A stretch of DNA of 64,000 nucleotides from Anaerolineae bacterium. Its GTDB lineage: Bacteria; Chloroflexota; Anaerolineae; Anaerolineales; UBA4823. This document shows positions 21,521 to 29,761 of the stretch, one piece after another (within the stretch, counting starts at the first letter, position 1; each line of letters opens with the position of its first letter). The DNA is taken from positions 41,802-105,801 of the forward strand of contig JBBIVW010000001.1 of the NCBI GenBank assembly GCA_037439525.1. The letters are read 5' to 3'. The notes beneath the pieces were generated by a model. The model had not been told where the DNA came from, did not search any database, and was given only the letters and a program-made list of their open reading frames with translations. The translations under genes and the position numbers were made by a program.

Positions 21521-21640
21521 TTAGTAAAAGGGGATGATTGCCTTTTGCGTGTGTATGGCGTAACAAATTTCGCATAAGCGGCATAAGGAGCTCCCTAAGC
21601 AAGGGATGCAAGCACACACATGGTGGTTTTCCTAAGAGCG

Positions 21641-21729
21641 GGGTATGAAGCCCCGGCTACTACGAGGAGTTTTCTGATGCATGTTTCACGTGAGGAAAGA
21701 GGCGCAACCGGATTATGGAAATTCCGGCT
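21641..21729. repeat. two degenerate copies of the GGGTATGGAAAyCCsGGCyAC motif also found at 63.7 kb
   Basis: gggtatgaagccccggctac (21641-21660) matches gggtatggaaaccccggctac (63791-63811) at 19 of 21 positions with one gap. tatggaaattccggct (21714-21729) resembles 63731-63746. The copies are ~70 nt apart. Confidence 0.45.
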
Positions 21730-21881
21730 TTAGGGGTTTGAGGGTGGTGGTTTTTCGAAGCAGGCTGTGGGTGAGATGAGAAATGGAAGGGTTTATCGCT
21801 GCAGGCAATCCGTGGGTATAATAAAGGCATACAGCCTGTGAATCTGCATGTGCAGATCAGGCAGCGATACGAAATACATCC

Positions 21882-22109
21882 ATGCCACGCCGAAGAGATC
21901 CTTTATCACCTGGGCAGTTTTATCACCTCTACAACCGCGGCGTCAATCGCGAGAGGGTGTTCTTCACGCGTGAAAACTATGTGTACTTCCTCAAAGGGAT
22001 CAAAAGTTACCTGGTCGCGCATGCGGAGATCATCGCCTATTGCCTTGTGCCCACCCATTATCACCTGCTGGTGCGTGTGAAGCCGGTGCATGATAGGACC
22101 TGCACTTGA
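21882..22109 (+). pseudogene. truncated REP-associated tyrosine transposase (RAYT / IS200-like Y1 transposase), N-terminal fragment
   Basis: The 75-aa ORF PGQFYHLYNRGVNRERVFF...AYCLVPTHYHLLVRV carries the HUH (HYH) motif. It ends before the catalytic-Tyr region, at the start of the next gene. Confidence 0.65.
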
Positions 22110-22885
22110 TGACCGCCTCCAGCCTCCCCCCCACCCTTATCCTCATCGCCGTACCATTGATCGCCTTTCTATACGCTTCGGTGGGCTTTGGCGGCGCTTC
22201 CGGCTATCTGGCGGCGATGAGCCAGTTCTCCATCCCTCCTCCGGTGATGGCCTCCACGGCACTGGTGCTCAACATGGTCGTTTCGAGCCTGGCTTTTGTG
22301 GCGTACTGGCGCGCCAGGCACTTCCAGGCACGCTTGCTGCTGCCTTTCTTGGTCACCTCGATTCCGGGCGCGTTCATCGGCGGCGCCTTGCCGGTGGACG
22401 CCGAGACGTATCTCTTCTTGCTGTACGCCTCGCTGACCTATGTGGCGCTGCGTATGCTGTTCGCCGGGAGGGCTACGGAGAACAGCAGCCCGCCAAAAGT
22501 GCCCTTTTCCCTTTGGCTTGCCGGGTTATGCGGAGCGGTCATCGGGCTGCTTTCAGGGGTCATCGGCGTTGGCGGCGGCATTTTCCTCTCCCCGCTGATT
22601 GTGCTCACCGGCTGGGGGACGCCTAAGCAGGCTGCCGCCTCGGCAGCCGGGTTCATCTTCATCAATTCCATGAGCGGCGTGCTGGGCAGGCTGGTGGGTG
22701 GCAACCTGGAGCTAGATACGCTGGGCTGGAGTCTGATCCCGCTGGGTTTGTTCGGTGGGCTGTTGGGCAGCTACCTGGGCGCCCGCCACTTATCCAACCT
22801 CGCACTGCGGCGCATTTTAGGCCTAATTTTGTCGATCGCCGTGCTCCGTTATTGGGCCAGCATCCTCCTCGGATGGATTGGATAG
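22109..22885 (+). CDS. TauE/SafE family sulfite-exporter-like permease
   Basis: Multi-TM protein with FLYASVGFGGASGYL and IGVGGGIFLSPLIVL repeats typical of TauE/SafE. ATG at 22109 (the ORF track uses TTG 22106). Confidence 0.8.
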   Translation: MTASSLPPTLILIAVPLIAFLYASVGFGGASGYLAAMSQFSIPPPVMASTALVLNMVVSSLAFVAYWRARHFQARLLLPFLVTSIPGAFIGGALPVDAETYLFLLYASLTYVALRMLFAGRATENSSPPKVPFSLWLAGLCGAVIGLLSGVIGVGGGIFLSPLIVLTGWGTPKQAAASAAGFIFINSMSGVLGRLVGGNLELDTLGWSLIPLGLFGGLLGSYLGARHLSNLALRRILGLILSIAVLRYWASILLGWIG

Positions 22886-22939
22886 GGATAAACCTCGCGC
22901 CTGGATATGCATTGAAACCACATTTTCAAGGAGTACGGT

Positions 22940-23299
22940 ATGACACTTTCGATGATCATCATTACATTAGCGTTGCTTTTTTATTCCATCGGGGTGTGGA
23001 GCGAGAGGCTGGCAGGCATCCTGAAGCCCTGGCATCTTGGGTTTTTCTGGGCTGGTCTGGTGTGCGACACCTGGGGCACCGGTCTGATGTTCGAGATGGC
23101 GGGTGGGTTGCGCCTTGATCTGCACGGCATCAGCGGGATGATCGCCATCCTGCTCATGCTCGTGCACGCTATTTGGGCTACGGTGGTGTTGTTGCGCCGC
23201 CATGAGCGCTGGTTGCGCAATTTTCATAAGTTCAGCGTGTTTGTGTGGTTCATCTGGCTCATCCCCTACTTCAGCCCAATGATCGTTCCATTAAGTTGA
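22940..23299 (+). CDS. hypothetical four-TM membrane protein
   Basis: 119-aa ORF with four hydrophobic segments. No family confidently recognised. Confidence 0.5.
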   Translation: MTLSMIIITLALLFYSIGVWSERLAGILKPWHLGFFWAGLVCDTWGTGLMFEMAGGLRLDLHGISGMIAILLMLVHAIWATVVLLRRHERWLRNFHKFSVFVWFIWLIPYFSPMIVPLS

Positions 23300-23458
23300 A
23301 ACCGACGTTCTCCTGACGAGGAAATAATAAAAAACCCGAAAGAAGACACGCGGCGCATAAAAACATGCCCGCCGTCCTGCTGTGTGCCACCCTTTCGCGC
23401 CTGGCAGTGCCATGGCGACCAAGAGATCAGTTTAACCAAATGCTAAGAAAAAAATCGA

Positions 23459-23487
23459 TTGACAAGCGCCTGCAATGCCTGTATAAT
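23459..23487 (+). promoter_or_regulatory. consensus sigma70-type promoter for the rplU-rpmA-rpmE operon
   Basis: TTGACA (23459-23464), a 17-nt spacer, then TATAAT (23482-23487), about 150 nt upstream of rplU. Confidence 0.6.
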
Positions 23488-23497
23488 AACGCCTGCA

Positions 23498-23524
23498 CTG
23501 TCCCGGCAGCACTTGCTGGGACAG
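23498..23524 (+). promoter_or_regulatory. 5'-proximal stem-loop of the rplU leader
   Basis: ctgtcccggcagcacttgctgggacag forms a 12-bp stem (two G-U pairs) with a 3-nt loop. It starts a few nt after the predicted transcription start. Confidence 0.4.
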
Positions 23525-23635
23525 CATCTTGTCAAACGCACATCCCCAACTTCCCCAGGCGATGGCAAGGATCAGGTGTATCACCGGATGCCTTGCGATC
23601 TGCCCGGTGAAGTGAAGCTTGGAGGAAGAAAAAAC

Positions 23636-23995
23636 ATGAAATACGCCATAGTCGAAGACGGCGGTAAACAATATAAAGCCATCGAGGGCGGCACGATCGA
23701 AGTCGATCGCTTCTCCGCCGAAGAAGGCGAAACGGTCGATCTGGAGCGCGTGTTACTCATTGTGGATGAGGATCAAATCCATATCGGCGCTCCATTCGTG
23801 GAAGGTGCTAAAGTGCATGCCACGGTAGTGGCACAGGTCAAAGGTCGCAAGATCATCGTTTTCAAATACAAGCCGAAACAGCGCTACCGGGTGAAGCAAG
23901 GGCATCGTCAAAAGTACACACGTCTGCGCATCGATGCTATCGAACTGGGTGGCGAAGAACCACCGAAAAAGAAACGGACGAAAAAGGAGAGTTAG
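23636..23995 (+). CDS. rplU: 50S ribosomal protein L21
   Basis: [19 protein letters not shown] start with a GGAGGA SD at 23621. The ORF track's upstream extension (23459) is leader sequence. Confidence 0.95.
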   Translation: MKYAIVEDGGKQYKAIEGGTIEVDRFSAEEGETVDLERVLLIVDEDQIHIGAPFVEGAKVHATVVAQVKGRKIIVFKYKPKQRYRVKQGHRQKYTRLRIDAIELGGEEPPKKKRTKKES

Positions 23996-23997
23996 CC

Positions 23998-24264
23998 ATG
24001 GCACATAAAAAAGGTGGAGGCTCCAGCCGCAATGGACGGGATAGCCATAGCAAGCGGCTGGGCGTAAAGAAATACGGTGGACAGTACGTCGTGCCGGGCA
24101 ACATTATCGTGCGACAGCGCGGGACGAAGATCAAACCCGGCTTGAATGTGGGTATGGGTCGGGATTACACCTTGTTCGCCACCGCCGCAGGGGTCGTGGT
24201 TTTCGAAGACGTGCGCGGCGACCGCAAGCGGGTGAGCGTCCATCCCGTCGAGCAGGCACAATAA
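23998..24264 (+). CDS. rpmA: 50S ribosomal protein L27
   Basis: [29 protein letters not shown] is the canonical L27 N-terminus. Confidence 0.95.
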   Translation: MAHKKGGGSSRNGRDSHSKRLGVKKYGGQYVVPGNIIVRQRGTKIKPGLNVGMGRDYTLFATAAGVVVFEDVRGDRKRVSVHPVEQAQ

Positions 24265-24281
24265 GCCATTGAGAGGCACAT

Positions 24282-24755
24282 ATGAAACGCGACATCCATC
24301 CAACCTTTTACCCCGATGCCCAGGTGATTTGTTCCTGCGGCAACACGTGGACGACTGGCTCGACGAAGAAAGTGATCCACACCGATGTGTGCTATAAATG
24401 CCACCCCTTTTTTACGGGTGAGCAACGCATCGTGGACGCAGAAGGACAAGTCGATCGATTCTATAAAAAGCTCCAGGCGCGCCAGGAATTCCTTGAAGAA
24501 TTGCAGGCGCGTGAAGCGGAACGCACCTCGCCTCTGCGACCAATTGCCGAGCTGGATTTGGGCAAACGCGCCACTGAAGCATTGGCTAACGCCAACATTC
24601 ACACGGTCGGCGAAGCTTTAGAAAAATTGGCGCAAGGGGAAGACGCCCTGCTGAAAATCGACGGCTTTGGACGCAAATCCCTTGCCGATCTGAAAAAGCG
24701 CCTGCGCCAGTTTGGCTATGAAATTCCCGAAGCGGCGGAGCAAATCGTCATTTAG
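24282..24755 (+). CDS. rpmE: 50S ribosomal protein L31 (Zn-binding type A) with a C-terminal RNAP alpha-CTD-like helix-hairpin-helix extension
   Basis: The N-terminal ~66 aa MKRDIHP...CSCG...[12 protein letters not shown]...VDRF is L31. The C-terminal ~75 aa [26 protein letters not shown]...[19 protein letters not shown] resemble the RpoA CTD. Confidence 0.85.
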   Translation: MKRDIHPTFYPDAQVICSCGNTWTTGSTKKVIHTDVCYKCHPFFTGEQRIVDAEGQVDRFYKKLQARQEFLEELQAREAERTSPLRPIAELDLGKRATEALANANIHTVGEALEKLAQGEDALLKIDGFGRKSLADLKKRLRQFGYEIPEAAEQIVI

Positions 24756-24780
24756 TCCTCTCGAAGGGGCATCAACTGGA

Positions 24781-24809
24781 ACAGGCGGGAACACCCCGCC
24801 TGTTTTTTT
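24781..24809 (+). terminator. rho-independent terminator after rpmE
   Basis: acaggcgg / ccgcctgt 8-bp stem, 7-nt loop, followed by a run of seven T. Confidence 0.8.
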
Positions 24810-24886
24810 CTCTATTTCGCCACAATGACTTGTATGCAGCTCGCGCAAGAGGTACAATATGGAAAATTCGCTCAAGGTGGAGGAAA

Positions 24887-25459
24887 ATGAAACACCACAA
24901 CGGAAGTCTAGAAGTGATCACCGGCTCGATGTTTTGTGGTAAAACGGATGAGCTCATTCGGCGCCTGAGGAGGGCGATCATCGCCCACCAAAAAGTGCAG
25001 GTGTTCAAACCCATCATTGACGATCGCTACGCGCTGGAAAAGGTGACCTCCCATGCCGGCACGGAATACACCGCCATTCCCATCCATCACAGCGCTCAAA
25101 TCCTCGACCTGCTCGAGGATGACACCACGGTGGTGGCCATCGACGAAGCCCAATTTTTCGACGAGGAGATCATCCCCATCACACAACAGCTCGCTGAAAA
25201 GGGCATCCGCGTGATCGTCGCCGGCCTGGATACCGACTTTCGCGGCGAACCCTTTGGTCCCATGCCCGTGCTGATGGCTAAAGCGGAGCGTGTCGATAAG
25301 CTCCAGGCGATATGCATGGTGTGTGGCGAACCCGCCAGCCGCACGCAGAGATTGGTCAACGGTCAGCCGGCGCACTATAACGACCCGGTGGTCATCGTCG
25401 GTGCGGCAGAGCTCTACGAAGCGCGCTGCCGCCAACATCACTATGTGCCGCGCGATTGA
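24887..25459 (+). CDS. tdk: thymidine kinase
   Basis: [22 protein letters not shown]-loop and a C-terminal Zn motif (CMVCGEPA...ARCRQHH). Start at ATG 24887 with a GGTGGAGGA SD. Confidence 0.9.
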   Translation: MKHHNGSLEVITGSMFCGKTDELIRRLRRAIIAHQKVQVFKPIIDDRYALEKVTSHAGTEYTAIPIHHSAQILDLLEDDTTVVAIDEAQFFDEEIIPITQQLAEKGIRVIVAGLDTDFRGEPFGPMPVLMAKAERVDKLQAICMVCGEPASRTQRLVNGQPAHYNDPVVIVGAAELYEARCRQHHYVPRD

Positions 25460-25492
25460 ACCCATGCCGCGCCATAGTACCGATGATTAGGA

Positions 25493-26062
25493 ATGATTGA
25501 AATGCAAGATTATCGTGAATTTCTCGATGAAATTTTGGTCACAGCAGAGGCGTTGCAAGCACGCATCGCCGAGCTTGGGGCGCAAATCAGCCAGGACTAT
25601 CAGGGGCTCGACCTGCACTTGGTGTGCATCCTGCGCGGCGGGGTGATGTTCCTCAGCGATTTGATGCGCGGCATTCATGTACCGCATACGCTGGACTTTA
25701 TGGCTGTCTCCTCTTATGGCAGCGGGCGAGAATCCAGCGGTCAGGTGCGCATCACCTTAGACCTCAAAGACAACATCCAGGGGCGGAATGTTCTGCTGGT
25801 AGAAGACATCATCGATTCGGGACACACCATCGCCACCGTGATCCAATTCCTCAACATGCGCAAGCCAAAGAGCTTGAAAGTGTGCACCTTGCTGAATAAG
25901 CCGGAACGGCGTGAGGTAGAGGTGCCGATCGACTACTGTGGCTTCGAAATCCCCAACAAATTCGTCTTTGGTTTCGGCCTGGATATGGATGAATACTACC
26001 GCAACCTGCCTTTTGTGGCCACGGTGGACCTAGAACGTTATCACCCTGAACACCTGATGTGA
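25493..26062 (+). CDS. hpt: hypoxanthine phosphoribosyltransferase
   Basis: VLLVEDIIDSGHTI PRPP-binding motif; KFVFGFGLDMDEYYRNLP. Confidence 0.9.
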   Translation: MIEMQDYREFLDEILVTAEALQARIAELGAQISQDYQGLDLHLVCILRGGVMFLSDLMRGIHVPHTLDFMAVSSYGSGRESSGQVRITLDLKDNIQGRNVLLVEDIIDSGHTIATVIQFLNMRKPKSLKVCTLLNKPERREVEVPIDYCGFEIPNKFVFGFGLDMDEYYRNLPFVATVDLERYHPEHLM

Positions 26063-27570
26063 TTTTCCAAGACCACGCATTAAGCCAGCTACTTGCCAAA
26101 CTACAAACGGTCATCCCTGCAGAGGCTCAGGCGCACCTGGTGGGCGGCGTGGTGCGCGATGCGCTTTTGGGGCGTCCAAACCCGGATGTAGATCTCGCCT
26201 TGCCTGTACGTGCCGGCGAAATCGCCCGGCAGGTAGCCCACGCCCTGCAAGCGCATATCTTTTGCCTGGATGATACCCACGACACCTGGCGTGTAATCTA
26301 TACTCCAGAAGGGGAGACACCGCTGCATCTCGACTTTGCGGTATATCGCGGCGGTACCCTAGAAGACGACCTGCGCGCACGGGATTTCACCATCAACGCG
26401 CTGGCTGTGCCGTTGCACGAACCCTCGCGGCTGATCGACCCGCTCCAGGGCTTGAGCGATATCCAGGAGAAACGCCTGCGCACCTGCAGCCCCACCTCCA
26501 TCCCCGCCGACGTGGTGCGCATCCTGCGCGCCATGCGCCTGGCGTTCACGCTCGAATTCCACATCGAGAAGGAAACGCTGAGACAGATGCGCGCCTCAAT
26601 CCATTTACTAAACTCGGTTTCCCCAGAGCGTGTGCGCGATGAACTCATCAAAACCCTCCTGGCACCTTCCCCCCATAGCGCACTGCGCGCCTTGGACCGC
26701 CTTGGCGCGGTCGATGAACTCTTCCCAGAGCTGACCGCTTTGAAAGGCTTGAGCCAAACCCCGGCGCACGAGCTCGACGCCTGGGAACACACTCTGGTGA
26801 CCATCAGCCAGCTGAATGAGGTGCTACACGCTCTAGCGCCTATCTACGATGAAAACCGCGTCTCCAATTGGCACATGGGTATAATTTCGCTCCGCTTGGG
26901 GCGCTACCGCGCGCCTTTAGACCAGCACCTCGAACGAAGGCTCGACCCGCACCGCCCGGCAAGAGCCCTGCTGTTTTTAGCCGCGCTGTACCATGATAGC
27001 GGCAAAGCCTCTTCGATGACCATCGATCCGGAAGGCAAGCATCACTTTATCGGGCATGAAAAAATCAGCGCAGATTTGATGCATCAACGTGCCTCAATCT
27101 ACAACATGAGCCGACAAGAGATCGAACATTTAAAGCGCATCGTGCGCCACCATATGCGCGCGTTGTATTTGGGGGAGCAGGAGCGTACACCCGACCGGCG
27201 AAGCGTGTACCGCTTCTATAAAGCTTGTCAGTCGTCGGGCGTCGAGGTTGGCTTGCTCTCTCTGGCAGATCTGCTGGCGAGGCAGGTCAGCTCCTTACCG
27301 CAAAAGCGCTGGAATCAGCAAGTCGAAGCGGTGCGCACGCTATGGGAGGCATGGTGGGAAAAGAGAAATGAAGTCATCACCCCGCGCCTGCTGTTACGCG
27401 GAGAGGAAGTCATGCAAACATTCGAGCTAGCGCCTGGGCCGATGGTTGGCCAATTGCTCGAATACCTGCGCGAAGCCCAGGCTTCAGGAATTGTTGAGAC
27501 ACGGGTTCAGGCCGTGGCGTATCTCACCAATCGTCTGAAAAACCTCCCTAAAAGTCTCAATCAGGGATAG
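26059..27570 (+). CDS. cca: CCA tRNA nucleotidyltransferase / poly(A) polymerase family protein with HD domain
   Basis: GGVVRDALLGRPNPDVDLA and RDFTINALA head-domain motifs. C-terminal LYHDSGK HD region. The GTG start overlaps the hpt stop (GTGA). Confidence 0.8.
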   Translation: MIFQDHALSQLLAKLQTVIPAEAQAHLVGGVVRDALLGRPNPDVDLALPVRAGEIARQVAHALQAHIFCLDDTHDTWRVIYTPEGETPLHLDFAVYRGGTLEDDLRARDFTINALAVPLHEPSRLIDPLQGLSDIQEKRLRTCSPTSIPADVVRILRAMRLAFTLEFHIEKETLRQMRASIHLLNSVSPERVRDELIKTLLAPSPHSALRALDRLGAVDELFPELTALKGLSQTPAHELDAWEHTLVTISQLNEVLHALAPIYDENRVSNWHMGIISLRLGRYRAPLDQHLERRLDPHRPARALLFLAALYHDSGKASSMTIDPEGKHHFIGHEKISADLMHQRASIYNMSRQEIEHLKRIVRHHMRALYLGEQERTPDRRSVYRFYKACQSSGVEVGLLSLADLLARQVSSLPQKRWNQQVEAVRTLWEAWWEKRNEVITPRLLLRGEEVMQTFELAPGPMVGQLLEYLREAQASGIVETRVQAVAYLTNRLKNLPKSLNQG

Positions 27571-27905
27571 ATTTCTTCTAAGACAGGTTCGTAAAAGCAG
27601 CGGCAACCCAAGGCGTGAGAACAACTGCGCACGGGCAGCTTTGGGGGGGCGTCTTTGGCATAGCTCCCTTCGAGTTTGCGGCATGCCGGGCAGCAATCTT
27701 GGGACACAGCCAGGCGCACATAAGACACCCTGGGGTTTTCCTGCATGCGTTTGAGCGCCATAGCGGTTTCCGACCAAATGGAAAGGTCGGCGCCACAATT
27801 GGGGCATGTCTCTGCTTCATCAGACGACTGCACCTGACATTTCGAACAGATCTGCACGATGAACCTCCGTTGTTTTTCCCCCAATTCTACCCGATGCTGT
27901 CCCAT
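27561..27905 (-). CDS. hypothetical Zn-ribbon protein
   Basis: 114-aa ORF with CSKC..CPNC and CCPAC..C.H..C.C cysteine clusters, 13 nt downstream of the response regulator gene. Confidence 0.5.
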   Translation of the reverse strand: MGQHRVELGEKQRRFIVQICSKCQVQSSDEAETCPNCGADLSIWSETAMALKRMQENPRVSYVRLAVSQDCCPACRKLEGSYAKDAPPKLPVRSCSHALGCRCFYEPVLEEIYP

Positions 27906-27918
27906 CTTGCCAGTGGGA

Positions 27919-28407
27919 TCACACGGGTCGGTTGCCGTTTCCGCCTTTTGCCCTTTGCTCGGCGCGCGCGCGGCGAATCAACTTGCGCAACGAAGCCAGT
28001 AGCAATTTGCCCTGAATGGGTTTATTGAGAAAATCGTCTGCACCCTCGTCTAAGGCACGCGCCACCAGTTCCGGGTTGTGCACCGCCGAGAGCACTAAAA
28101 TTGGCACGTCGCTTTCCTGCCGTATCCGCCGGCACACCTGTAAGCTTTCCATCTCGCGGATCATCAGATCGATGACCACCACATCCGGTTGGAATTGATG
28201 CAAGAACTTTAGCGCATCGGCGGGCGAATGAGCCAATTGGATCACCGTTTCTTCCCGCTCGGTGATATTGAATAACAATTCGGTGGTTTCAGAGTTTTCT
28301 TCTAAGACCAACACTTTTGTCTTGGCGATGCGCCTTGGCGCTTCTTGCGCGGGAAGAACAGATTTGAGGTGCATAAGCGTTCGGATCACTCCACTTGGGT
28401 TGTACAA
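27919..28407 (-). CDS. single-domain (CheY-like) response regulator
   Basis: REC hallmarks LVLEEN, VVVIDLMI (acceptor Asp), ILVLSAV, FLNKP. The true start may be the internal ATG (MHLKSV, 28374). Confidence 0.75.
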   Translation of the reverse strand: MYNPSGVIRTLMHLKSVLPAQEAPRRIAKTKVLVLEENSETTELLFNITEREETVIQLAHSPADALKFLHQFQPDVVVIDLMIREMESLQVCRRIRQESDVPILVLSAVHNPELVARALDEGADDFLNKPIQGKLLLASLRKLIRRARAEQRAKGGNGNRPV

Positions 28408-28609
28408 AGCTGAATTTCCATACGCATGTATTATGCACGAAGAAATCCTTTGTGAACCTTACAAACACTTTACAAAAGAAATTGCCAGAAATAAAAATTT
28501 TTATATTTGATTTGCGTAGCAATTTATCATGCAAACGCCACATCCCGCACAGGGATAAAAGGTGAAAAAATTATGATATGATTAATCTTTGTTGACAAAA
28601 CGAACGCCT

Positions 28610-29755
28610 ATGATCGAATGTCCGAATTGCCATCAACTCATCTCAGCGGACGTGTACACCTGCCCGAATTGTAACGCCTTGCTCGGTATTGCCGCAGCCA
28701 TCGCCGAGCGTGAAGTGCAAGCCCCCTATGAGGTGCCTTTGGCGCCCGAGGTTCTCGTACCGCGCATTGGCGAGTATCTGCTCCAAGAAGGCGTTTTGAA
28801 CGAGGAGCAACTTCAAGCGGCTTTAGGTTACCAGGCAGAGGCGCGCCAGAAAGGCAAAAACATTCTGTTAGGTCAGGCGCTGCTCGAGCTGGGTTTCGTC
28901 GATCGCGAGACCCTCGACCAGGCGATCACCATTCAAATCCTGAAACTCCATGCCGCGCTCAAAGAAGCCAACCAAACACTCTTGCAGCGCGTCGCCGAGC
29001 GCACCAAAGAACTCCATCAGGCGCTCACGCGGCTTTCGGAATTGAGCCAATTGAAAGCCAATTTCATCGCCAACATCTCCCACGAACTCAGAACGCCGCT
29101 CACCCATCTGCGCGGCTACTTGGAAATTCTGAATTCAGAACACATGGGCGCGTTGAACGCGGCGCAAAAGAACCTGGTGTCCATCCTCCTTCAGGCAGAG
29201 AACCGTTTGGAAACGCTCATCGACAATCTAATTCAATTCTCTCTCGCCACGCGCGGCGAACTCCAGATGCATCTCGAGCGCACCGAATTAGCTCCCCTGG
29301 CGAGAGCCACTTTGCAAAGCTTTGGTGAGCGGGCACGCGAAAAGAACCTGGCTCTGATCCCACACATCGAAGAACCCTTACCTGCGGTGCGCGCCGACGC
29401 CGAAAAAATCCAATGGATCTTGCAACAACTTGTGGATAATGCGTTAAAATTTACTCCGGAGAACGGCGAAGTGCGCATGCGCGTGTATTGTGAAAACAAC
29501 CTGGTAAACGTCAGCGTTTGCGATACGGGCATCGGCATCCCCGAAGAACAGCTCGAATCGCTTTTCACACCCTTTCACCCATTCGACCGTCAAGCGACTG
29601 CAGAACATAGCGGGACGGGTCTCAGCCTAGCTATGGCGCAACAGATTCTCGCAGCCCATGGCACCCAGCTCCATGTGGAATCGAAAGTTGGGCACGGTTC
29701 TTGCTTCACGTTTACGTTACCGGCATATACGGATGAAACCATCCACCAGGCATAA
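28610..29755 (+). CDS. soluble sensor histidine kinase: Zn-ribbon + MshEN/T2SSE_N-like domain + HisKA + HATPase_c
   Basis: CPNC..CPNC ribbon. RIGEYLLQEGVLNEEQLQAALGYQ and LLGQALLELGFVDRETLDQAITIQ tandem motifs. H-box ISHELRTPL. N/G boxes DNALKF, DTGIGI, GTGLSL. ATG 28610 preferred over the TTG at 28589. Confidence 0.8.
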   Translation: MIECPNCHQLISADVYTCPNCNALLGIAAAIAEREVQAPYEVPLAPEVLVPRIGEYLLQEGVLNEEQLQAALGYQAEARQKGKNILLGQALLELGFVDRETLDQAITIQILKLHAALKEANQTLLQRVAERTKELHQALTRLSELSQLKANFIANISHELRTPLTHLRGYLEILNSEHMGALNAAQKNLVSILLQAENRLETLIDNLIQFSLATRGELQMHLERTELAPLARATLQSFGERAREKNLALIPHIEEPLPAVRADAEKIQWILQQLVDNALKFTPENGEVRMRVYCENNLVNVSVCDTGIGIPEEQLESLFTPFHPFDRQATAEHSGTGLSLAMAQQILAAHGTQLHVESKVGHGSCFTFTLPAYTDETIHQA

Positions 29756-29761
29756 ATTACC

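Noticed and set aside
28592-28597. TTGACA hexamer just upstream of the first histidine kinase gene
   Set aside because: It lies only 12 nt before ATG 28610, with no properly spaced -10 element, so it is unlikely to be the operon promoter.
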